A stretch of DNA of 64,000 nucleotides from Wickerhamiella versatilis (lineage: Eukaryota): NCBI GenBank assembly GCA_030867685.1, contig JAQOWU010000003.1:124001-188000 (forward strand), given 5' to 3'. Positions 23,999 through 35,188 of this stretch are shown here, piece by piece. The translations under genes were made by a program, and so were the position numbers. The stretch's first letter is position 1; the number at the start of each line of letters is the position of its first letter. The notes beneath the pieces were generated by a model. It worked only from the letters and a program-made list of their open reading frames with translations. It had not been told where the DNA came from and did no database searches.

Positions 23999-25621
23999 CT
24001 ACAAATGAGATTCAACTAGAGATGAGAGTTTCTTGAGCAGCGCCATGACTTTTTCATCCTCATACTTTCGACAGACAACCTGTGCACTGATGGGTGCGCC
24101 ATGGGCCAGCTCGGGATCATAAGACTCCCATACAGCACGATCACTTTCGTTCCGAGAAGCATAGTCAATATCAATATGATCCAAAGTTCTATCCACAGTA
24201 CCCACGGGAAGCGTTCCCGCACTAAAATCCATTGCGTTCACAAACGAAGTGTATCCGACCCAGGACCCAAATTTTGTGTGAGGGCACCCAGGATGTGGCG
24301 ATGCGGGCATTATGATCGCATCTATGGGTCGGTGAGATTTGGTTTTCCGATCAGATCCTTCCCATTTCTGTACAAAACTAGCAGCAAGCTCTGTTCGTTT
24401 TGAATGCAGGTCCCATAACTCGCTCACACCAATCTCTTCTGCTTTTCCATACCCCGCCATTGCAGGAAACAATGGCTCTTTGGTGGCATTCAAAACCTCT
24501 TTGACGTGCTTGCCGCCATCTGAAAGGAAGAACTGGGTAATTGACGAGGCCAGGCCCACGTGCTCAGCAGGATCCCATTCAATGACCTCGTGTCCAGCCT
24601 CTTCAACGACTTTTTTCAAATGCTCTATTCCCCTACGGATGGGTGGAGTTGGCCTAACGTACCCATCATCAACCAAAACGGCAAATACCAAATGATCTGG
24701 GAGATCCACCGGCTTCCAGGGCTTATAGGCACACTTGGGGTCTACTGACGATGGATTGGAATCTAAAATATTTTGTAGGTACCACTCGGCAGATTCTAAA
24801 GATCTGCATAGCGGCCCATTCACCGAGAGCACAGATTCGAGGCCAGGGAGTCCTGAACGGGTCGCATAAGTGGGATACCTTCCTGAAGTCGGTCTCAGCG
24901 AGTAGAGGCCCTCGAATGACGCAGGGATCCGAATTGAGCCCCCAATGTCGGACCCTATATCCACACAGCTTCCAAAAAGTGCTGCATGGGCAGCTGCACC
25001 CCCTGAAGAGCCACCAGCACTCAGGTTTCGATTGTAGGGGTTCGTAGTCCGGCCATACACATGATTATCTGTTTCAGCCATCATCATTGCGGTCGGGGTA
25101 TTTGTCTTGCAATAGAACACAGCACCTTCCCGGAGTAGCAAATCAGCAATTGCGGAATTTGACGGCATTCCACCTGGTGGATCAAAGCACCATGCCGTGA
25201 ACCCGAGGGTGGTCGCCTTGCCAGCGATATTAATGTTATCCTTAATGGATATCGGGATTCCATGGAACCGGCCCATCACCTTACCATGCTCAGAATAGTA
25301 CTTATCCAGGTATTTGGCCCGTTCTAGCGCATCCTCGTAGAAAATCTCGGAAAGGCAGTTTGTAAGTTGGTGAGCGATCTGTGACCGATGGCAGAACGCT
25401 TCGGCCACCTGTAGTGCTGTCCATATTTTAGATCTGACTTTGGCAGAGATTTCAGGAGCTGAGGTTTCTGTAATTTCTATTTCCTCCTTACTGAGACGAG
25501 TCTTGGGGAAGTCCAAAACGTTGGAGCCTGTTGGAAGCTCCTCTGTGGGAATCAACCACTTTGAAATTAGCTGACGATCCCGCTCCTCCCGTTTCTGGCG
25601 TGCTATTTCGGTGTAGCTCAT
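23999..25621 (-). CDS. Amidase signature family enzyme (acetamidase/FAAH-like), C-terminal SHL
   Basis: HGIPISIKD, GGSSGG, GSDIGGSIRIPA motifs of the Ser-cisSer-Lys amidases. Confidence 0.94.
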   Translation of the reverse strand: MSYTEIARQKREERDRQLISKWLIPTEELPTGSNVLDFPKTRLSKEEIEITETSAPEISAKVRSKIWTALQVAEAFCHRSQIAHQLTNCLSEIFYEDALERAKYLDKYYSEHGKVMGRFHGIPISIKDNINIAGKATTLGFTAWCFDPPGGMPSNSAIADLLLREGAVFYCKTNTPTAMMMAETDNHVYGRTTNPYNRNLSAGGSSGGAAAHAALFGSCVDIGSDIGGSIRIPASFEGLYSLRPTSGRYPTYATRSGLPGLESVLSVNGPLCRSLESAEWYLQNILDSNPSSVDPKCAYKPWKPVDLPDHLVFAVLVDDGYVRPTPPIRRGIEHLKKVVEEAGHEVIEWDPAEHVGLASSITQFFLSDGGKHVKEVLNATKEPLFPAMAGYGKAEEIGVSELWDLHSKRTELAASFVQKWEGSDRKTKSHRPIDAIIMPASPHPGCPHTKFGSWVGYTSFVNAMDFSAGTLPVGTVDRTLDHIDIDYASRNESDRAVWESYDPELAHGAPISAQVVCRKYEDEKVMALLKKLSSLVESHL

Positions 25622-25968
25622 ATAATGTGTGGGTGTCTGACTGCAGGTTGCTCTGTGTGCGGCTGTCCCATTCGACTCCTCTTTAGGTCTAGGGTAAGGA
25701 CTGATACCTTCGGCAATCGAAAGGGTAATTCACAAGGTTACAGTGCTTGGTTGTTATTGAAAGATTGTATAATATTCGTGAAACAGCCGATTAGTCGGTA
25801 CTCAGCTGGGTTTTAGTGCCTAGTCTAAATCAATTAAATCTATATGAGCCCAGTTGGCACGGTTATCTTTCTACCCTAGCCCAGGGTATCTAATATCTCT
25901 AATCACCTAATCGTTAAAATAGGTATCTTGCCGAGAGAAGAAGAGTTTTGCGCTAGGATAAGCTACTC

Positions 25969-27396
25969 ATGCGGTTGGTAGTGGTCCGAGATTTCCTCTG
26001 GGGCAAGCCACCGGCAGACCCACGGGAAAGCCGCTTGCTCATGAAGATAGATTGGTTTGTTCTTTCCTACGTATGTCTTATTTATTGGGTCAACTATCTT
26101 GATCGGACCAACTTCCAGAATGCGTACATCACCGGGATGAAGGAGGCCATAGGCATGAAAGGGGACCAATATAATGTGGTAAATACGTGCTTCACCGTGG
26201 GATACACTGTGGGGATGCTCCCTAATAACCTCGCATTGCTGAAAATCCCACCGAGGTATTGGCTGTCGTTCTGTGCATTGGCATGGGGCGTACTTGTCCT
26301 GTCTCTGTATAAAGCGACTGATTACCGGCAACTTTGTGTGATTCGCTTCTTCCAAGCGTTCTTCGAAAGCTCGACGTTTGGGGGCACCCACTTCATCCTT
26401 GGCAACTGGTACAAGAGTGAGGAACTCACTAAGCGGTCCGCCATATTCACATCCTCGGGGCTTATTGGGTCCATTTTTTCGGGATTCATGCAGTCCAGTA
26501 TCAACAGTTCCATGGATGGCCTCAATGGGCTTGCCGGGTGGCAATGGCTGTTTATCATCGACTTCGTGATCACGGTGCCCATATCTATTTATGGATTTAT
26601 ATGTTTCCCCAATACGCCAGAAAAAGCCACCTGGATCCTCAGCGATTCAGAAAAAGAGCTAGCATGTCAACGGCTTCCACCCAGAGAACATACGCACCTG
26701 GACTGGTCGGTGTTTCGGCGAGTGGGTGGTAATTGGCACTGGTGGCTGTTCTCACTGTTATGGGCCATTGGTGGGGAGAACGAGTCGTTTGGAACTAATA
26801 CCATATTTGGGCTGTGGCTGAAATGGGCAGGGTACCCTGCGGGAGATCGCAACAACTACCCGCTGGGAATGTATTCCGTGGGGGTTGTGGCCACACTTCT
26901 AGCCGCGCTCTACGTGGACTTTACAGGAGCTCGGTTCCACTGGCATGTGGCAGTTCTCATTTTTGTATTTATGATAATTTCCTGTATACTCTTATTGGCC
27001 CGGCCCCTGGAATCAACTGCAGTGTTTGTTGCCCACTATTTTACGGGAGTATCATATGCTGGGCAGGCCTCATTCTTTGCGTGGGCTAATGTGGTGTGCC
27101 ATCGCGATCTTGAGGAGCGTGCAATCACTCTTGCCTCGATGAACATGTTCAATAATGCTGTAAATGCATGGTGGCCTCTGCTTTTCTACAAGGCGAATGA
27201 CTTTCCCTACTGGCGATCAGGATGCTATGCGATGATTGCTACGGTTGCGGCAACGCTCGTCATAGCCATAGTTATCAGACTGCTCCAATTACAAGATCAG
27301 AGGTCAGAATTTAAGGAAATGGAGATATTGGATGCTTCGGAAGAGGAGATCCAGCAGATGCCGTCTAAGGTGTCTAAAGTGGCCTATGAATGTTAA
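25969..27396 (+). CDS. MFS anion:cation symporter, Fen2/Liz1 pantothenate-transporter-like
   Basis: KIDWFVLSYVCLIYWVNYLDRTN, GNWYKSEELTKRSAIFTSSG, GLAGWQWLFIID motifs; about 12 hydrophobic segments. Confidence 0.88.
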   Translation: MRLVVVRDFLWGKPPADPRESRLLMKIDWFVLSYVCLIYWVNYLDRTNFQNAYITGMKEAIGMKGDQYNVVNTCFTVGYTVGMLPNNLALLKIPPRYWLSFCALAWGVLVLSLYKATDYRQLCVIRFFQAFFESSTFGGTHFILGNWYKSEELTKRSAIFTSSGLIGSIFSGFMQSSINSSMDGLNGLAGWQWLFIIDFVITVPISIYGFICFPNTPEKATWILSDSEKELACQRLPPREHTHLDWSVFRRVGGNWHWWLFSLLWAIGGENESFGTNTIFGLWLKWAGYPAGDRNNYPLGMYSVGVVATLLAALYVDFTGARFHWHVAVLIFVFMIISCILLLARPLESTAVFVAHYFTGVSYAGQASFFAWANVVCHRDLEERAITLASMNMFNNAVNAWWPLLFYKANDFPYWRSGCYAMIATVAATLVIAIVIRLLQLQDQRSEFKEMEILDASEEEIQQMPSKVSKVAYEC

Positions 27397-27597
27397 GATA
27401 GATAGTCACATCGCACAGCATTAGGTAATCCGGTTTCGAGGTACGAAATGATCCTGATCTTGGTTTCAAGTAGCCCTCTCTGGCCAATTTGTTTCCAACG
27501 GAATTCTTAATTCAATATTCTACTTGATAAAAATGCTATTCTCTATATCTAAAAGTGTATATCAGTGTTAGTACCCTTTGACACTGGTGGAATACGC

Positions 27598-29385
27598 TCA
27601 TTCTATTTCGTAGGTCGTTGTCACTTTGGGATAAACGATGGTTCCCGATGTCCGCGAGCTATCGGAGCCCGCATCATCCACACGGCCCATATCTGGACTG
27701 TCATCCTGCGGAGGTAGCATAAGGTTCGCAAGTGCGCCCGCGATGCCACACACCGAGTACGGTGTCTCCACAACCGTCACTACCGCCTCGATTAGTCCTT
27801 GCTTTGCCTCATTCTTGCCCTTATAAGTGAAAACGCCTGAGAACCAGGAGGGTACCATTAAGGATGCAAAGCCAAATACCAGCCCGATGGCGAGAACCAT
27901 TCGGTCGCGACGGTTGAACTTGCATCGGGACATAATTGCCATACCACTCACCGCGACCGACGTAAAAAGGAATGTTGTCATTCCACCAATAACTGCATGG
28001 GGTATTGCCACTATTGCAGCGCTGAACTTACCCACCACGCCCATGATAATGAGCCAGAAACAGCAGGCAAATCCAACGCGTCGCGACGGTGCCTGGGTCA
28101 TGGATATCACAGCATTGTTCTGGGCAAATGTTCCCATGGGAGTCAATGTCATGAGGCAGCCCACAATGGAAGCGAGTCCGGAGGCCATGAGCCCTCCCTG
28201 GATGCGAGATTCGAACTCCTCGCCATCCACGTCCAGCCGTGACACATCTGCTGAGGCTGTTATATCTCCAATTGACTCCATAATGGCGACAATATAAATT
28301 GCCAACAGGGGGAGAACGGCGGGGCCGTATAATTTTAGCGGAAAAGTCCGGACCCACACGAACTGCCCGTTTGGCGCCTCATCAATAGTCTTGTGCTGAA
28401 AATACCCCGTGGCGGCAGCCACAATACACCCTACAATAAGACCAATAAATATCGAACAAGACTTCATGATGGGTGCCCCGAATTTGTCACACATAATTAT
28501 GGCAACAATAACCACGAATCCCAGGCCAATCCACTGTCCTGATCCCCAGGGATGCGCATGGGACGGCACGTTGGCATTGCATAGGTCACTCGACATGCAG
28601 CTTGACCCGCCAGCCCAGTCCTTTACCCCGCTGGCCGTGAGGGACGCACCAATTAACAGGACAACGGATCCGGTGACGATGGGAGGAAATATTCGTTCCA
28701 GGATGCGGGGCGGCACAAGAGATAGAACGAATTGCAACAGGGCGCAAAGGGCACCTGTGGCTATAAACGCACCATACGCTTCGGGGCATGGGAGCTTTGT
28801 GCCATCCTTGTCTGTGGGGCAAAAGCCATTGGCATACATGCGGGGTACTATATTCTCAAATATTGGAGCGGCCCCAAACAGTTCTCCCAGAACTGATATC
28901 ATCCCAGTGCCAATATAAAGGTTGGTGAACGGAATTCGTATCCTCAGGATTTGTACAATGGTAAGGATGCCTGCCCCTAACAAGGCGGCTGATACGAGGT
29001 AGGTTTCGTCCCCATTCGTCAAATTTGCGGTGGATGCAAACATCATGGGCGGCGATATCAAGCCACCCATCATGGCCATGGCATGCTGGAGGCCGAGAAT
29101 GAATGTGAGCAGCAACGGGGGGCGGGAATGTAATGAGAAGAACTGCGCTGGCTGAGGTTTCCACTTTGTGTAGGGAATTGACGGGGTAAAAAGAGACGAA
29201 TAGCTTATATCCTCGCCAATGAGCCCATCATACGTCAAAAATGTCCGGTACAGTTCGTGCCAAACCTTGCTAACTCGGGTCTTGTCTTGCTGGTTGGCGG
29301 GCTGGGGCAGTGAGGGCTGTCCCTTAAACTTGTGGCAATTCACAAATGCCCTAGCCTTTGCGGCTAGTGCGTTAGAGCTCCCCAT
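27598..29385 (-). CDS. NAT/NCS2 uric acid-xanthine permease (UapA/UapC-like)
   Basis: LGLQHAMAM, ESIGDITAS, NAT signature FAQNNAVISMT; likely ATG 29385. Confidence 0.92.
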   Translation of the reverse strand: MGSSNALAAKARAFVNCHKFKGQPSLPQPANQQDKTRVSKVWHELYRTFLTYDGLIGEDISYSSLFTPSIPYTKWKPQPAQFFSLHSRPPLLLTFILGLQHAMAMMGGLISPPMMFASTANLTNGDETYLVSAALLGAGILTIVQILRIRIPFTNLYIGTGMISVLGELFGAAPIFENIVPRMYANGFCPTDKDGTKLPCPEAYGAFIATGALCALLQFVLSLVPPRILERIFPPIVTGSVVLLIGASLTASGVKDWAGGSSCMSSDLCNANVPSHAHPWGSGQWIGLGFVVIVAIIMCDKFGAPIMKSCSIFIGLIVGCIVAAATGYFQHKTIDEAPNGQFVWVRTFPLKLYGPAVLPLLAIYIVAIMESIGDITASADVSRLDVDGEEFESRIQGGLMASGLASIVGCLMTLTPMGTFAQNNAVISMTQAPSRRVGFACCFWLIIMGVVGKFSAAIVAIPHAVIGGMTTFLFTSVAVSGMAIMSRCKFNRRDRMVLAIGLVFGFASLMVPSWFSGVFTYKGKNEAKQGLIEAVVTVVETPYSVCGIAGALANLMLPPQDDSPDMGRVDDAGSDSSRTSGTIVYPKVTTTYEIE

Positions 29386-30018
29386 GATGATTTTCAATAC
29401 CGCGAAAACGTACTGGATAGTACTACTATCTTATTACCCTGATGGTTATTAGGGCAATTAGTAATGATAGATATGTGAAAGAGAAAGTATGCAATCTAAC
29501 CTTAGAACACTGCGATTAAAACACAGTTAATTAAACTAGCACATACATTGATGACTATGGCAGTGGACTAGTACATGGTTATTGGGCTGAATGAAATCCT
29601 AGGGTGAATTACATTATCTCTACTCACTAATCAAGATATCGTGGAAATGTACAATTTCTCCCCGTGCACCCTATTCTCCAAACGCAAGGATCTCCCGATC
29701 GCCGATACGTTCACGCACAACCGTGCCGGGGCCCCTGGTTTCATCTTACCTGCATACATATTGGTAAGTGTGGGCAAAGCCTGGGAAAGCCATAATGTCA
29801 ACTGAGCTGGTTTCTACCGTGCTAGAGAAGGTGTATGGCCTAGTGGCTAAAGCGGGATCTTATCACAAATTACATAAAAAACCTCGCAGTTTCTGAACCA
29901 GGGGCTCGGGGAGAAACCGGGGAGGAAACTTTGTTGATAGAGGCTTATAGCCACCTTTTATTAAGATGTGGGGAGCAGCCAGTTTGTATATTCTCTCAAT
30001 TGAACTCTCAGCTTGAAC

Positions 30019-31053
30019 ATGAGCACCACCCGATATCAGCTATCTGAGTTAGAAACCGAATCCCAAATAGGCGGAGTCGGCAAACTTGTATTACGACAGG
30101 TCCCTTTAATTGATCTGTCGAATTTCGAGGACCGAAAGGCCGAAATCACAGAACTTTTGTGGGACGCCGCGGTAAATGTTGGATTTTTCCAGATTGAGAA
30201 TCATGGTATTCCGTCCTCAATGATCGACAATGTATTCAACCTCTCTAAAGAGTTTTTTGATCTCGGCAAAAATGAGAAGACTAAGTACCCATTACGACGG
30301 AATGAGGGCTACGAGTCACTTTCCCAGGTCCGACCCTCAACGGGTACTCGGGATCAGAAGGAGTCCTTTCAAATTACTAGGGGACAGATGGGTGGCTTGT
30401 GGCCTACCGATGAAATTCCAGACTTTCAGCAGGATGCACTTGAGTTTGAGGCGTTGAACTGGGCACTCTCGCAACGCATTCTCAGCTGTTTCGCAGAAAA
30501 GCTTGGAGTTTCTGAGAACATTTTCCTAGATGGTCATGACAGAAGTTCCTCGGACTATCAATGTACATTGAGGATGCTACACTACTATTCCGTCCAGGCC
30601 AACCAGCTGGATCCAAAGTTGTGGCGGGCAGGGGCTCATACAGATTTCGACACATTGACCTTGCTATATCAGCGACGAGGCCAGCGTGGTCTCGAGGTAT
30701 GTCCTGGGAAAGAGCTGGGAGACCTTGCGTGGACCCCTGTGGAGCCGAGTGACTACGTTATCACTTGCAACATAGGTGATATGCTGATGCGGTGGTCAGA
30801 TGACAAGTTGAAATCCACCCTGCATCGCGTGAGATCGCCCCGCCCTGGAGATGATCTTGGAGATCGATACAGTGTAGTATTCTTCACCCAAGCGAACAAA
30901 AACACTATTATTCAGGGCCCTGAGGCGAAGTACCCAAAGATCACGGCAGGCGAATTCATTCAGCAACGGCTCCAGGCAAACTATGCACAGCTAAAGCTTA
31001 TCCAGGAAAGGGAGAGGGAGAAGATCCAGCCTACGACCTTTCTGGACCATTAG
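30019..31053 (+). CDS. 2-oxoglutarate/Fe(II) dioxygenase, isopenicillin-N-synthase-like fold
   Basis: GFFQIENHGI, QVRPSTGTRDQKESFQI, HTD (AGAHTDFD), NIGDMLMRWSDDKLKSTLHRV, RYS motifs; ATG 30019. Confidence 0.93.
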   Translation: MSTTRYQLSELETESQIGGVGKLVLRQVPLIDLSNFEDRKAEITELLWDAAVNVGFFQIENHGIPSSMIDNVFNLSKEFFDLGKNEKTKYPLRRNEGYESLSQVRPSTGTRDQKESFQITRGQMGGLWPTDEIPDFQQDALEFEALNWALSQRILSCFAEKLGVSENIFLDGHDRSSSDYQCTLRMLHYYSVQANQLDPKLWRAGAHTDFDTLTLLYQRRGQRGLEVCPGKELGDLAWTPVEPSDYVITCNIGDMLMRWSDDKLKSTLHRVRSPRPGDDLGDRYSVVFFTQANKNTIIQGPEAKYPKITAGEFIQQRLQANYAQLKLIQEREREKIQPTTFLDH

Positions 31054-31284
31054 ATTATGATCATTTAGAAATGAAATAGATAGATATAAAATTACTTCGT
31101 TTTTATCAATAGCACCTGATTAAATGAGACACGGAGTCACCCTAATAGTATCGTCGATTGAAATGACTGCTTGAGCCTGACAAATTCGACGACTAGCCAT
31201 GGCTCGAGACGTGAAATAACGCGATTATATAATCTAGCTGTTGGTAGATTACACTCTGATTTGAAATATATCAACAGCCACGCC

Positions 31285-31885
31285 ATGACCTGCATTCTTA
31301 TAATCGCTGGTGGCTTTGCCGGAATGTAAAATATGCTGGGGGGCTGTAATTTTGCTAGAACAACAACAGCAACAGAACAGGTCTGGTGACGTAGGATTTT
31401 CTGGTAGCATCGGAACCATTTCTTTGTGTGCATCCCCGACTATATCAAAGACATCCAGGGGAGATAAAGACGCAATTGCATGTCCTTTCAGTACTGCTGG
31501 AATACGATTCGTTCCTGGCTTGGTTAAAAATATTGATCTGCCACTAAATCAGGTGACTCTCTGTCCGGATGGCGGTTCTGCCAATGCCTATCCATTAAAC
31601 TATGACCGCCTTGTTCTAGCGGCAGCTGGTGAACTTTTCTATCTTCTATCCAAAGACTTGACAAATAGGTATTCAACATCGTCCAACTCCTTGCCGCGGT
31701 GCAGCTTGAATCACATATCAAATCTTTGGCTGATCGGCCCAATAGCAACCAACATAATACTATTTTGGCAGTGGTGTGGGTTTTGCCGGGCTAGAAATTG
31801 CTGCTGAACTTCCTAGTCGGCTTTATGAAATACTTGGACTTGAGGTGCGCGCGCGGGTTGTCCTCGTAGAGCGCAGCAATAAGTT
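31285..31885 (+). pseudogene. Degraded, truncated NDH-2-like NAD(P)/FAD-dependent oxidoreductase
   Basis: Across frames: MTCILIIAGGFAGM*, LVASEPFLCVHPRLYQ, AGIRFVPGLVKNID, NYDRLVLAA, QLESHIKSLADRP, GFAGLEIAAELPSRL...RVVLVER; one stop and several frameshifts; C-terminal half absent. Confidence 0.82.
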
Positions 31886-33101
31886 ATCTGTCGTTTAAAT
31901 ACATTGCTTTACCGCTTTACAAATTGAATAATACCTTACTCCTACGAGCGCTTATTTACGGGCTCGGGATGAAATGATAGCCTAAAACACCGGCTGTTTA
32001 TGCAATATATTGCGTGTATGCCTTCGACTTCAGGTTCAGGTACCCCTGATGATGATGGAGAAGCTAGGAGCTCGTTCGACAAAGCAAGAGAAGAGGCACA
32101 TCATTCTTTAATCAGATCAATGCTTATGATTTCGATTGCCTCCGTAGTAAAAAAATTGTTTCTTTTACATCTAGGGGGAAACGCCATCATTTTCTGTTCC
32201 TTAACTTCACCCCTGCCCCGCCCTGATACTAATTTTTTTCTATAGCGGACCTTACCCAGCAAATAAGCAGATTACATGTTTTTCCCCCAATCTAGAAGTG
32301 GGGCGTCAAGAATATTGGTATTGTGCTTTACATCGTATAACACCGGGTGTCTTAGGTGTATTTAGCTAGTTTTTGTGTGGTATCATACCTCCCAACAGCA
32401 ACTTTGAAGGCATTTATGGATGCAATATGTACCCCGTTGGCCTCCTATGTACCCTTCTGTTACAGGTAATATTTTATTCCAATTATGATCACTCCTTTTC
32501 CCTCCACACTTGAAAAGATCGGCAAAACTATCCATTGTCCAACCACTCTCAGCTGCTATTTAATTGGTTGTTGACTTATCCGCCGAACTCGAACATGAGA
32601 CTATGTTTTGGCCGGCTTTTCATAATCTAAATTTGCAGTAAGTAATAGGCTTTCCATGTAAGAAAGCATAAATTTGATCAGTGAGCGAGGCATTAACAGG
32701 TGTATCCTCCTGAAGAGATCTAGCTTTCATGCCGACAACCATGGCCTTTACTGGCCACCACTATCGTGACTTGGCAGAAGCGTACCTTAAAATGATGGAT
32801 TCAAGCATTCTCAGTGTGGGACCTCAGAACACCCGGGAATTAGCCCGCTCCAAACTTTCAACAGACCTAATTAGTTTTTAATCCAGCCCATAATAGTAGC
32901 CTTGCAAAGGCCACTGTTCTGATTTTGGCTTGCTTTTCTTGCGATCAAATCTAATTCAACCGAAACACGGACTGTGGCCAAATTAGGTTGGCTCAGCTCG
33001 GTGCCACGCCATAACGGGGTTTCTATGTAACTTTAATGAGAACCTAAAAACATACGGTTTCGCCGCTCGAGTCCTCGCAAGGTAATGCCCCTATCATTCT
33101 T

Positions 33102-34637
33102 ATGTTAAGTCCTGAAAAAACAGAAAGTGACAAGTCTTATGCCGAACCATGGGAAGAGACGCATCCCGGAACCAACCCCGAAGGGTTCGCGACCAAGGAC
33201 ATAGGGCTGTCCCAGAAGATTCTCGCAGAAGCATATAATGTCAATCAACGTAGGCTTCAAATTAAAATGGATCTTGCCATTTTGCCCCCTATTTGTCTTC
33301 TGTATTTGCTGGCTTATCTCGACCGCCTGAATGTGGCTAATGCAAACGTCTACGGTCTGAGCAGGGATATAGGCCTTGACAGCATGAAATGGAACGTAGT
33401 CCTAGCGGTATTCTTTGTGCCTTATGTGGTGTTTGAACTTCCCGGTAGCTATCTTGTTAAAGTAATCAGCCCCCATGCAGTGCTCTCTGCCCTCATCACA
33501 TTATTCGGCTGCGTATCGTTGAGCCAGGGGTTTGTAAAGAACTACCATGGTCTAGTGGTATGTCGGATTCTTCTGGGGCTTACCGAAGCTCCCATGCTCC
33601 CGGCTTGCTACTACCTACTGAGCAGCTGGTATACGCGGGGAGAGGCCCAGAAACGGTACAGTTTTTTCTACTCAAGTACCTCACTTGCTGGCGCATTTTC
33701 ATCGCTGATTGCTTATGGCATGAATAACCTTAATATGCGTAGGGGGTTAGAAGGTTGGCGATGGCTCTTTATTGTTGAAGGGGCTATCACCGCCTTCTGT
33801 GGACTCTTCCTATACTTTTTACTTGCAGATTTTCCCGAAACCGCCAAATTCCTAAAGCCTAATGAGCGTGAATATATCAAAGCGAAGCTCTCTATTGACC
33901 AGGGTGACTCTGAGTATAATCATAGACCAAGTTTGAAGGATATAGTCGATGTGTTTAAGGATCCGAAGATTGTGCTCTCAGGTATAATGTACTTCGGTCT
34001 AATCATCACTGTCTATGGTTACGCTTACTTTGCAATTGCTATAATCAATACCTTCGGGTACTCGGGAGTGCAAACGCAGGTGCATTCAACCTACCCCTGG
34101 ATCACGTCGTTTGGTATGAATATCGTAATTGCCTCATTCTCAGATTTAACTCGACATCGCTATTTGTACACCCTCGGATGCTCTATCCTCGCCGTGGCAG
34201 GATTAGCTATACTACTAGGCACTGACCCCACAGTCGAGTATCGGCATTCACGATATGCTGCCTGTTTTCTGATTGTGGTGGGAGTTCATTGTGCAGCACC
34301 GGTTCTAGTCTGCTGGACAACCATGAATGTCGTGGGTCATACCCGTAAAATGGTAAGTTCTGCTTTTACCATCTCATTTGGCAACATCGGCGGAATCATA
34401 TCGACATTCTCCTATAAGAGCAGTGAAGCTCCATACTACCTCACTGGTCTGTGGGTATCACTAGCGACCATTCTGCTGAGCGTTGCAACCTCCGCCATAT
34501 ATGTATCCTTGGTCTACCTGGAAAACAATAGGAAGATGCAGAGTCTCGAGAAGTATGACGAAAGATGGAAAGAAATGGGTCCGGAGGAAAGGAATGAGCA
34601 GGGTGAGCTAAATCCTAACTTCTGGTATATGTATTAG
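33102..34637 (+). CDS. MFS anion:cation symporter, Tna1/Dal5-like
   Basis: KMDLAILPPICLLYLLAYLDRLNVANA, SSWYTRGEAQKR, GLEGWRWLFIVEG, FGNIGGIISTF. Confidence 0.92.
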   Translation: MLSPEKTESDKSYAEPWEETHPGTNPEGFATKDIGLSQKILAEAYNVNQRRLQIKMDLAILPPICLLYLLAYLDRLNVANANVYGLSRDIGLDSMKWNVVLAVFFVPYVVFELPGSYLVKVISPHAVLSALITLFGCVSLSQGFVKNYHGLVVCRILLGLTEAPMLPACYYLLSSWYTRGEAQKRYSFFYSSTSLAGAFSSLIAYGMNNLNMRRGLEGWRWLFIVEGAITAFCGLFLYFLLADFPETAKFLKPNEREYIKAKLSIDQGDSEYNHRPSLKDIVDVFKDPKIVLSGIMYFGLIITVYGYAYFAIAIINTFGYSGVQTQVHSTYPWITSFGMNIVIASFSDLTRHRYLYTLGCSILAVAGLAILLGTDPTVEYRHSRYAACFLIVVGVHCAAPVLVCWTTMNVVGHTRKMVSSAFTISFGNIGGIISTFSYKSSEAPYYLTGLWVSLATILLSVATSAIYVSLVYLENNRKMQSLEKYDERWKEMGPEERNEQGELNPNFWYMY

Positions 34638-35188
34638 GGAGAATTTCCTATATGGTATTGAAATATTGTTCTTAGTACATGGAATTAGCGCACTCAAAGA
34701 TTTACGGTCTTCTTTTGCAGAACTATTAGCTCCACATCTTCATAACTGATTTACAATGTCAAAACAAGGTACACAATTCTTTGGAGAAATTTATGTCGAT
34801 ACCAGTAACAAATTTAGTAACTAGTGAATTCTCGCTTCATTCTATAGAAATTCAGAAATAATAATGGGCATATTTAATACCAATTAAGTACGAGCATATT
34901 ATATAAGCCATGGTACATGAAAATATCACCAAAGAAACAGCTGCTGAATCAATTATCTAAATTACCGATACTAGTAGATATATTTTAGACACATATCAAA
35001 GTCATGAATAAAATATGAGATACCATGTCCAATCCACATACCCAGTTTTCGATACGAGATTAGGCTATCTAACTTAAAGCTGAAAAATCCTGTCAAATAT
35101 GTTTCACTGATATAACCTCATTTACTAGAAGACCCTTAAAATGCGGCATCCAGCGAACCAAATTCTCTAACACTCTTTTTTATTCCTC

